Below, one piece after another: positions 56,774-64,000 of a stretch of 64,000 nucleotides of DNA. The notes under the pieces are model-generated. The model saw only the letters and a list, made by a program, of their open reading frames with translations, did no database searches and had not been told where the DNA came from. Within the stretch, counting starts at the first letter, position 1. The number at the start of each line of letters is the position of its first letter. The stretch is from an uncultured Synergistales bacterium (GTDB taxonomy: Bacteria; Synergistota; Synergistia; Synergistales; JAFGMB01). The DNA lies in the NCBI GenBank assembly GCA_964410915.1, contig CAYPIU010000006.1, positions 2,447 to 66,446 on the forward strand, read 5' to 3'. Made by a program: the position numbers and the translations under genes.

Positions 56774-57735
56774 AACCCAGTACCTGCCTCCTTGCTATAA
56801 TGTTTGAGGCACACTTGACATATTTCTTTTGCTAAAATCGCTTTTTCCCCAACAGAAGTATCATACCATATTACAGGAGAAAATTTTCTGAACCAGGTCA
56901 TCTGTCTTCTTGAAAATGCTTTTGTAGCTCTTATATCTCCCTGGATCGCATCCTCAAATGAAAGTTCACCGGAAAGATACTTTACTATCTCCCTGTAACC
57001 AAAACCCTGCATTGATGAAAGACCTGAATGAAACCCGTTTTCAAGAAGCCATTGGACTTCTTCAATATAACCACTGTTAAACTGTTCCCTGACCCTTTCC
57101 TCTATTCTCCTGTAAAGGGCAGGTCTCTCTCTCTCAAGCCCAATATATAGAGGATCTATCGTACTTTTTTTGGTACTTGAGCGGGAATAGATCTCGGAGG
57201 GTTTTTCACCGGACAGGGAAAATATCTCAAGAGCCCTCAGAACACGGTGTGTGTCGTTTGGATGTAATCGATCGGCCGTTACAGGATCAGCCTCAAGAAG
57301 CTTCCGGTACATTGAAAGTGATCCCTTTTCTTGAAGTTCCTGTTCGAGGTCATCCCTTTTACTTCTGTCTTCAGGTAATTCCTCTTGAACGACGTTCTCA
57401 AAAACAGCCTTGTAGTAAAAGGGTGTACCTCCGGCAAAGATTACCTTTTTGCCCCTTTCTGTTATTCTTCTTGCAGCTTCAGCGGCTTTTTTAACAAAAT
57501 CCATTACAGTAAAACGTTCATCTGGATCAGCAACATCTATCAAATGATGTAAAACCCTTTTTCTTGTGTCTGTAGTAACTTTATCGGTACCTACATCCAT
57601 GTAGCGATAGACCTGTCTTGAATCCACAGATATTATCTCTGCATTCAGTTCCTCGGCTATTTGAAGACTAAGCTCGGTTTTCCCGACTGCTGTAGGCCCA
57701 ATGATCGCAATTACAGGCAGTTTCCCGGAGTTCAT
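56770..57735 (-). CDS. miaA: tRNA dimethylallyltransferase
   Basis: 321 aa. Contains GPTAVGKTELS and ISVDSRQVYRYMDVGTDK. Confidence 0.95.
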   Translation of the reverse strand: MNSGKLPVIAIIGPTAVGKTELSLQIAEELNAEIISVDSRQVYRYMDVGTDKVTTDTRKRVLHHLIDVADPDERFTVMDFVKKAAEAARRITERGKKVIFAGGTPFYYKAVFENVVQEELPEDRSKRDDLEQELQEKGSLSMYRKLLEADPVTADRLHPNDTHRVLRALEIFSLSGEKPSEIYSRSSTKKSTIDPLYIGLERERPALYRRIEERVREQFNSGYIEEVQWLLENGFHSGLSSMQGFGYREIVKYLSGELSFEDAIQGDIRATKAFSRRQMTWFRKFSPVIWYDTSVGEKAILAKEICQVCLKHYSKEAGTGF

Positions 57736-59457
57736 TTATTCCCTCCCGAATTCCCTTGAAAGTTTTGAAACAGGAATGACAAGTAAAGTTGGCCGCCCGT
57801 GAGGGCAAAACAAGGAATTATCGCATTTCAAAAGTTGTTTGTAAAGGTTGACAGCTTCAGCAGGGTCTATTCTATTCGTGAGTTTAATAGAACGCTTGCA
57901 GGCCATATCAGCCCATTTTAACCACATGGCACTGTCCGACGCACAAGATATGGACTCGTTATTTTCGAGTTCATAGACCAGAGTACGAACAACTTCAAAA
58001 ATACCCAGGGATATGTAATTCAGGAAAGACGGTATTTCCTTTATGTACAATGCTCCAGCTTCCTGACTGAAAGTAAATCCTGCTTCTGAAAGGACCTTTT
58101 CATGTTCTTCTATGGATTCTTTTAGTGAGGGAGGGACCATTTGAAGATCTGACAGTGACTGCTTCCCTATTCCTCCTGTAAATTCTTTCCGGATCTTTTC
58201 AAAATTGACCCTTTCATGTGCAGCATGATGATCCATAAGCAGAAGCCCTTCTGTTGTTTCAAAAACAAGGTAACCTGCACGCATCTGACCCAGAAATTCA
58301 ACAGCCTCTGGTCCCTCAGCATTTGGCTGTTCTTCTTTGCTATCAGGATCAAGTTTTGTGAAAAGACTTTCAGGGGAAGCGACCCGGGTATTTAAAAGAC
58401 CAGGGAACGATCCTTCAGGTTCAGATCCCCGGAATTTCCTGGCAGGAAAAGGCATTTCAGGGTTTTCGCTGTGGAAAGAAAAACTGCTTTTCTGGATGGA
58501 GAGTCCTGCGATTTCCTGTACAGTGTGTCGCACATTGTCAAAGATCTCATTATTTTTCCTGAAACGCACTTCTGCTTTTGCCGGATGGATATTTACATCA
58601 ACTTTCTCCGGTGGAACTGTCAGGAAAAATGCAAGGTTACCTGAGATCCCCGCATCTGAAGAGTTTACTGCAGAACGTATAACGGGATCCCTTACCACCC
58701 TTCCGTTGATAAATATCAGAAGATTTAACCTTTTACCCGGATATGGCTGATACCAGCATTCCGATCCTATATCACTATCATTTCTTGTGACATAACGGAC
58801 CTCGGGGTCCCTGCCCCATATACTCTCTATTACTTCCTGCCTTGAATTCATCTGGAATGATGTAAAAACTGTCCTGTTATCATGAGAAACCTGAAAATCT
58901 ATCTGAGGGTAAAGAATTGCAAATTCTTTGACGAGTCTTGATATCCTTCGGAATTCCGACCTTGCACTACCCATAAACTTTCGTCTTGCAGGCATGTTAA
59001 AAAAGAGATCCTCGACCTGGATCCTTGTGCCAGGTTCACAGTTGATCTTTCTTGAAACTGTATCGCTATTTACCAGATCCGCCTCAAGAAGAGCGCCGGT
59101 CTTTGCTTCAGAGGTCCTGCTTCTGATCTCAAGCCTGCTTACAGATGCGATGCTTGAGAGAGCTTCTCCCCTGTATCCAAGGGTCAGGATGGAATCGAGA
59201 TCCTCTTCTTTACTTATTTTGCTGGTAGCATGCTTAGATATAGCAAGAAGAAGTTCATTCTCATCTATCCCTGCCCCATCATCGTCAACAATTATTCCGG
59301 ATTTACCACCCTGGAGAATATGAACCCTGATCTTTCGGCTACCTGCATCAATAGAGTTTTCAATTAATTCTTTTACTACAGAAACAGGTCTTTCAATTAC
59401 TTCACCTGCTGCGATCTTCCTGGAAAGTTCCTGGTTAAGGATCCTGATCCTGCTCAA
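57736..59457 (-). CDS. mutL: DNA mismatch repair protein MutL
   Basis: 573 aa. GHKL ATPase motifs ELIENSIDAG and DDGAGI, plus a C-terminal endonuclease-type domain. Confidence 0.95.
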   Translation of the reverse strand: MSRIRILNQELSRKIAAGEVIERPVSVVKELIENSIDAGSRKIRVHILQGGKSGIIVDDDGAGIDENELLLAISKHATSKISKEEDLDSILTLGYRGEALSSIASVSRLEIRSRTSEAKTGALLEADLVNSDTVSRKINCEPGTRIQVEDLFFNMPARRKFMGSARSEFRRISRLVKEFAILYPQIDFQVSHDNRTVFTSFQMNSRQEVIESIWGRDPEVRYVTRNDSDIGSECWYQPYPGKRLNLLIFINGRVVRDPVIRSAVNSSDAGISGNLAFFLTVPPEKVDVNIHPAKAEVRFRKNNEIFDNVRHTVQEIAGLSIQKSSFSFHSENPEMPFPARKFRGSEPEGSFPGLLNTRVASPESLFTKLDPDSKEEQPNAEGPEAVEFLGQMRAGYLVFETTEGLLLMDHHAAHERVNFEKIRKEFTGGIGKQSLSDLQMVPPSLKESIEEHEKVLSEAGFTFSQEAGALYIKEIPSFLNYISLGIFEVVRTLVYELENNESISCASDSAMWLKWADMACKRSIKLTNRIDPAEAVNLYKQLLKCDNSLFCPHGRPTLLVIPVSKLSREFGRE

Positions 59458-62030
59458 TTATCGATCACATCCCTGCTCTTTGCACGTAACCTGTATATTA
59501 ATTCAAGGGCTTCCAAGGGTGTAATGGAATCCGGATCTATATTCGCTATTTCCTCTATTATTCCCTGCTTTGCATAAGAGAACATATTGAGCTGTCCTTC
59601 ATTTGAGACATTCAAAGAATTATTGATCTTGCCCCAGGATGCATTTTCCGGATCTTCAAACTGTCTCAAAAGCTCCTCTGAACGTCTTACAACTATGGAA
59701 GGAATACCGGCGAGCTTTGCAACTTCAACTCCATATGACCTGTCAGAGGGTTTTTTTACGATCTGGTGTAAAAAACGTATACCTTTCCTGGATTCCTCTA
59801 CATCCATGCTTAAATTAACTACAGAAGACAGATCCTCTGCAAGTTTCGTCAGTTCGTGATAATGAGTTGCAAAAAGAACTTTGGGCCTCGAGCCACAGTG
59901 TTCATGAAGATATTCAATTACAGACCAGGCTATGCTCATACCATCATATGTCGATGTACCCCTTCCGATCTCATCAAGGATAACAAGACTGCTACCTGTC
60001 ACGTTATGGAGGATATTGGCAGTTTCAAGCATTTCAAGCATGAAGGTACTGTTACCGCGGGCAAGATCATCTCTGGCCCCTATTCTTGTAAAGATCCTGT
60101 CAACGGGTGACATTATACAGGATTCCGCAGGGACAAATGAACCGACCTGAGCCATAATAACTATAAGTGCCGCCATCCTGAGATAAGTTGATTTGCCTGC
60201 CATGTTCGGGCCCGTCAGAATAGCGATCCTTTCGCTTTCTTCAGAAAGTTCGACATCATTCGGAACAAAGGGTACATCGAATGTCATTCTTTCGATCACC
60301 GGGTGCCTTCCTCCGATTATATTTATCCTGTTTCCTTCACTGAATACCGGACGGCAGTAATTACCTGAAAGAGCGATTTTCCCGAAGGAAGATAAGATAT
60401 CGATTTCAGCAAGGGCGCTTCCCGTTTTCTGAAGTATCTCAGAATATGCAAGGACTTCTCCAACAAGTTTTTCCCATAATGATCTTTCCAGTTTTTTGAT
60501 CTCTTCTTCCGAACGGACTATCTTTTCCTCAAAATCTTTAAGTTCCGGCGTTATGAATCTTTCCGACCCGACAAGTGTCTGTTTCCTTATATATTCTTCG
60601 GGAATGTTTGAAACATCTGCTCTTGTTACTTCAAGGTAGTATCCATATACCTTGTTGTATCCTGCTTTAAGCCGGTTCAGGCCAGTTCTTTCCTTTTCTC
60701 TCTGAAGATATTCCCTTAACCAGCTGTTTGCATCATCTGAGAGACTTCTCCAGTGATCAAGCTGTTCATCAAAACCCTTTCTTATCAAAGGGGACTGATG
60801 TAATACCCTGGGTACTTCATCTACCAGGGCCCCCTTGAGAAATTCGAGGAGATCCTCCATAGGTGATATTGATGAGAACCAGGACTTCAGTGGGGCTTTA
60901 TTAATAAAAGTTAAACATTGCGGGATCTCTGATAACGTATCCCTTATGGCAGAAAGATCACGGGGACTTCCGTTACCAAGAGATAATCTTGCAACAGTCC
61001 TTTCAAGATCCGAACATGCTGACAGACTCTTGCGAAGTCCCTCCAGGGTAGATATCTCATTGTAAAAGAATTCAACTGCTTCCTGCCTCATTGCAAGTTC
61101 AGAGGTATCCAGCAAAGGATGTAATATCCACTGTTTAAGTTTTCGTTTACCCATGGAAGTGCGACACTGATCCAGGATCGAATAAAGAGATGTAGATCCA
61201 TTGATGAGCTCAAGATTGAACTGGGTTGTCCTGTCAAGAAAAAGCTCACCTTTTGAATGTAAGGGAATTATACCCCTGATATGATCTGCAGAAGTAAACT
61301 GGGTCTCTTCAACATAATTACAGAGCACAGAAGCACAACCGCATTCTTCTGTATTATCAGTTATACCAAAACCCTCAAGACTTGACACTTTCAGTAGCTG
61401 TTTTAATCTGCGGGTAGCTGTCTTTCCTTCAAATTCATCAATTTCACGTTCAACGGATTCAATATCTGAAAGGTTGGTATCAATAAAATATGATGTATTC
61501 TTATCATCACGCGGATAGAGTATCTCTCCGGGAGAAAATGAGATCACGAGAGAAACTGCCATGTTCTCCGTTAATCTTCCTGCCTTGAGCTCCCCCGTTC
61601 CTACCGAAAGGAGTGCAAGAGCCACACAGTCAGGACCGATATATTTTATTCCTGCAAGTTTTGCATCCTCGTTATCGTCCTCGGAAAGATATGTACCCGG
61701 GGTTAATATCCTTGTAACTTTACGGTCAACTATGTTTTTACCATCCGGCTCACTGATCTGATCGCAAATAGCGAGATTATACCCAGATCTTACAAGTTTG
61801 GAAGTATAGTTGTTCAAAGCATGATGAGGGACTCCAGCCATGGGTATCTTCTTCTGGGGATCACGGCTTGTAACAACAATATCCAGGACTTTAGAGGCAG
61901 TTTTTGCATCATCAAAAAAGAGCTCATAAAAGTCTCCCATCCTGAAGAGAAGAAGACAGTCGGGATACTTCTCTTTCCAGTAAAAGTACTGTTCAAGCAT
62001 GGGGGTTATTTTTATATCAGCTGGGATCAT
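59454..62030 (-). CDS. mutS: DNA mismatch repair protein MutS
   Basis: Contains TPMLEQYFYWKEKYPDCLLLFRMGDFYELF and Walker A GPNMAGKSTYLR. The likely start is ATG 62030, after AGGAGGACAGGAAACA. The track ORF to 62087 overlaps ruvX. Confidence 0.95.
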   Translation of the reverse strand: MIPADIKITPMLEQYFYWKEKYPDCLLLFRMGDFYELFFDDAKTASKVLDIVVTSRDPQKKIPMAGVPHHALNNYTSKLVRSGYNLAICDQISEPDGKNIVDRKVTRILTPGTYLSEDDNEDAKLAGIKYIGPDCVALALLSVGTGELKAGRLTENMAVSLVISFSPGEILYPRDDKNTSYFIDTNLSDIESVEREIDEFEGKTATRRLKQLLKVSSLEGFGITDNTEECGCASVLCNYVEETQFTSADHIRGIIPLHSKGELFLDRTTQFNLELINGSTSLYSILDQCRTSMGKRKLKQWILHPLLDTSELAMRQEAVEFFYNEISTLEGLRKSLSACSDLERTVARLSLGNGSPRDLSAIRDTLSEIPQCLTFINKAPLKSWFSSISPMEDLLEFLKGALVDEVPRVLHQSPLIRKGFDEQLDHWRSLSDDANSWLREYLQREKERTGLNRLKAGYNKVYGYYLEVTRADVSNIPEEYIRKQTLVGSERFITPELKDFEEKIVRSEEEIKKLERSLWEKLVGEVLAYSEILQKTGSALAEIDILSSFGKIALSGNYCRPVFSEGNRINIIGGRHPVIERMTFDVPFVPNDVELSEESERIAILTGPNMAGKSTYLRMAALIVIMAQVGSFVPAESCIMSPVDRIFTRIGARDDLARGNSTFMLEMLETANILHNVTGSSLVILDEIGRGTSTYDGMSIAWSVIEYLHEHCGSRPKVLFATHYHELTKLAEDLSSVVNLSMDVEESRKGIRFLHQIVKKPSDRSYGVEVAKLAGIPSIVVRRSEELLRQFEDPENASWGKINNSLNVSNEGQLNMFSYAKQGIIEEIANIDPDSITPLEALELIYRLRAKSRDVIDN

Positions 62031-62448
62031 TGTTTCCTGTCCTCCTGATACTATCAAGGAAGCCCTGGAGAAATACTGCTGCTGCAATACTATCTACATT
62101 TCCGCGCCTGTTCTTTGCAGAAACATTGGATTCATCCAGAACCTGGTGTGCTATTTTTGATGAGTATCGTTCATCATAAAAATAGATATCAATATCCGGA
62201 TATACCGATCTGACCTCATGGCTGAAAAGTTTGACCCTCTCCACTTCAGGTCCCATTTCACCAGAGGTTCTGATCGGAAGTCCAATAACGAAATAATCCG
62301 GAGAATATTTATTCACCAGGACCTGGAGTTTTTCCCGCCATTTTGTCATGGGAATAACAGCGATCCCCTGGGCAGTAATTGCCAGGGGATCGCTTACTGC
62401 AACTCCGATTCTAACACTGCCCACATCAAGAGCCATATATCTTTTCAT
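62017..62448 (-). CDS. ruvX: YqgF/RuvX family pre-16S rRNA nuclease (putative Holliday junction resolvase)
   Basis: 143 aa. Contains ALDVGSVRIGVAVSD. Its position directly after alaS is a conserved pairing. Confidence 0.9.
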   Translation of the reverse strand: MKRYMALDVGSVRIGVAVSDPLAITAQGIAVIPMTKWREKLQVLVNKYSPDYFVIGLPIRTSGEMGPEVERVKLFSHEVRSVYPDIDIYFYDERYSSKIAHQVLDESNVSAKNRRGNVDSIAAAVFLQGFLDSIRRTGNNDPS

Positions 62449-62452
62449 ACGT

Positions 62453-64000
62453 TTAATTCAACTGCTCCTTCACAATGTCAGCAACTTGCTGGAGAGCTTT
62501 CTCAAGATTCGCAGCATCCTTTCCTCCAGCCTGTGCCATTGCCGGTCTTCCGCCACCGCCGCCGCCTATGGAAGAAGCTACCTGTTTAATTAATCGACCA
62601 CAGTGAACTCCATTCTCAAGAGCTTTGTCATCTGCCATTGCTATGAGCTGAACTGAGTCAGGTCCCTGAACAGTTGAAAGGACAAGTACACTGCCAGAAT
62701 TCTTATTCTTTACTTTATCACCGAGCTCCCTCAATAGATCCGGAGAGACCTTATCATAGGATGCCGTCAGAACTGAAATTCCTTTAGGGATCTCGACTTT
62801 GTTCAGTTTCTCCTCGAAAGTCGTAGAAATAAGCTTGAGTTTGAGATCTTCGATCTCCTTCTGTGATGACTTAAGTTCATTTATGATCTCCTTTACCTTG
62901 CCGGGTATTTCTCCGGATTCGACAGAAAGTTCCCGGGAAAGTCCTGATGTAACATCGTATAGAGAATGTAAAAGAGACAGTGACTTGTGTCCAGTCACAG
63001 CTGTGATCCTGCGAACTCCTGAACCCACGCTTTCCTCCCTCAGGATCTTGAATGGCCCTATCTGGCCGGTTGATCCTATGTGAGTTCCGCCGCAGAGTTC
63101 CACTGAATAACCGGAGATATTGACAACACGTACCTTTTCCCCATATTTTTCTTCAAATAATGCCTTTGCGCCGGCTTTTCTGGCTTCAGACATTGTTGTT
63201 TCAGTAGTATCAACGGGAATATCGTCAAGGATCTTTTCGTTGACAATATTCTCAATTTCATTGATCTGTGATCGAGATAGACTTTCAAAATGCGTAAAAT
63301 CAAATCTAAGGAATTCCGGAGATACCATAGACCCAGATTGCCTGGCATGCATTCCCAGAACACTCTGCAGCGCTTCATGAAGAAGGTGTGTAGCTGTATG
63401 ATTACGCTTAATATCAAGTCTTCGTCCTTCATCAACTTTTGCGAATATTCGTTTACCAACTTCCAGTTTTCCGGATATCACTCTTACTTTATGCACAATA
63501 AGGTCTTCGAAAGCATAGAAAGTATCATCTACAGCTGCTTCAACATCATCCCCCGTTAGAGTTCCGGTATCCCCTACCTGTCCACCTCGCTCAGCATAAA
63601 ATGGTGAAGAGTCCAGAACAACATCGCCTTCCTGTCCTGCTTTGAGGATATCCACCTCTTCCCCATCACGTATTACCGCTTTTACGACGGTATCAGAAGT
63701 AACCTTGTCATAGCCGAGAAAATCAATGTCCCCGATCTTGTCCTGAAGTCTTGAGAAAACATCAGCTTTAACCTCTGAGTGAACATGTTTACTCGAGGCT
63801 CTTGCGCGTTCTTTCTGTTTCGTCATCTCGCTGTCGAATTCATCACTGTCTACTTCGATGGACTGCTCATTACAGATCTCTTCGGTAAGTTCAAAAGGAA
63901 ATCCATAAGTATCATACAACTCAAAAGCTATCTTTCCAGACAGGATCCTCTCTTCTTTTCCCATGAGCTTCTGGATCTCCCGATCAAGAAGATTGGTCCC
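62453..64000 (-). CDS. alaS: Alanyl-tRNA synthetase, C-terminal part (N-terminus beyond right edge)
   Basis: The frame is open from stop 62453 to the window edge. Contains the editing-domain motif HTATHLLH...CGGTH and the C-terminal DHHA1 motif GGGGGGRPAMAQAGG. Confidence 0.95.
   Translation of the reverse strand, partial: GTNLLDREIQKLMGKEERILSGKIAFELYDTYGFPFELTEEICNEQSIEVDSDEFDSEMTKQKERARASSKHVHSEVKADVFSRLQDKIGDIDFLGYDKVTSDTVVKAVIRDGEEVDILKAGQEGDVVLDSSPFYAERGGQVGDTGTLTGDDVEAAVDDTFYAFEDLIVHKVRVISGKLEVGKRIFAKVDEGRRLDIKRNHTATHLLHEALQSVLGMHARQSGSMVSPEFLRFDFTHFESLSRSQINEIENIVNEKILDDIPVDTTETTMSEARKAGAKALFEEKYGEKVRVVNISGYSVELCGGTHIGSTGQIGPFKILREESVGSGVRRITAVTGHKSLSLLHSLYDVTSGLSRELSVESGEIPGKVKEIINELKSSQKEIEDLKLKLISTTFEEKLNKVEIPKGISVLTASYDKVSPDLLRELGDKVKNKNSGSVLVLSTVQGPDSVQLIAMADDKALENGVHCGRLIKQVASSIGGGGGGRPAMAQAGGKDAANLEKALQQVADIVKEQLN

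Overview
Nearly the whole window is tightly packed core housekeeping DNA from a moderately AT-rich anaerobe with Firmicutes/Synergistetes-like gene order. About 58 of 61 protein genes and both tRNAs are on the minus strand, and many junctions overlap by 1-40 nt. Only cysS, clpB and gpt are on the plus strand.

Contents from left to right:
- ileS, which runs off the left edge and is therefore missing from the ORF track.
- An orphan TAXI-TRAP membrane module (DUF1850 plus fused permease).
- tRNA-Arg(CCT).
- The rimP-nusA-ylxR-ylxQ-infB-ylxP-rbfA-nrnA-truB-ribF operon.
- guaB.
- ispDF, yacL, recR, ybaB and rlmH.
- A complete nine-gene A/V-type ATPase operon in the order H-I-K-E-C-F-A-B-D, preceded by a CBS-pair gene and a TagO-like/TagA-like fusion glycosyltransferase.
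- uvrC-ribD-ribE-ribBA-ribH-serS.
- cysS, queT and clpB.
- A BMP-family nucleoside ABC transporter, gpt, tRNA-Sec (selC), a SUI1/YciH homolog and a purine nucleoside phosphorylase.
- xerD and a NUDIX hydrolase.
- A four-subunit 2-oxoacid:ferredoxin oxidoreductase (delta-alpha-beta-gamma) preceded by an uncharacterized MinD/CooC-like P-loop protein.
- def-fmt, rpsA, ispH, miaA, mutL, mutS, ruvX and the 3' part of alaS, which runs off the right edge.

I see no CRISPR array, transposase, prophage, toxin-antitoxin pair or recognizable defense island. I cannot support a claim that a novel multi-gene system is present here.

The observations most worth a second look are:
- A 40-bp dyad made of CtsR-like GGTCA heptad repeats over a consensus promoter between clpB and queT.
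- A structured leader of about 140 nt in front of queT that does not match the preQ1-I consensus by eye.
- A fusion protein whose TagO/WecA-like membrane domain appears to have lost its catalytic motifs while the TagA/WecG domain looks intact.
- An orphan tRNA-Sec.
- The P-loop NTPase translationally coupled between fmt and the oxidoreductase operon.

All calls come from by-eye translation and motif recognition. No database search or folding computation was run.
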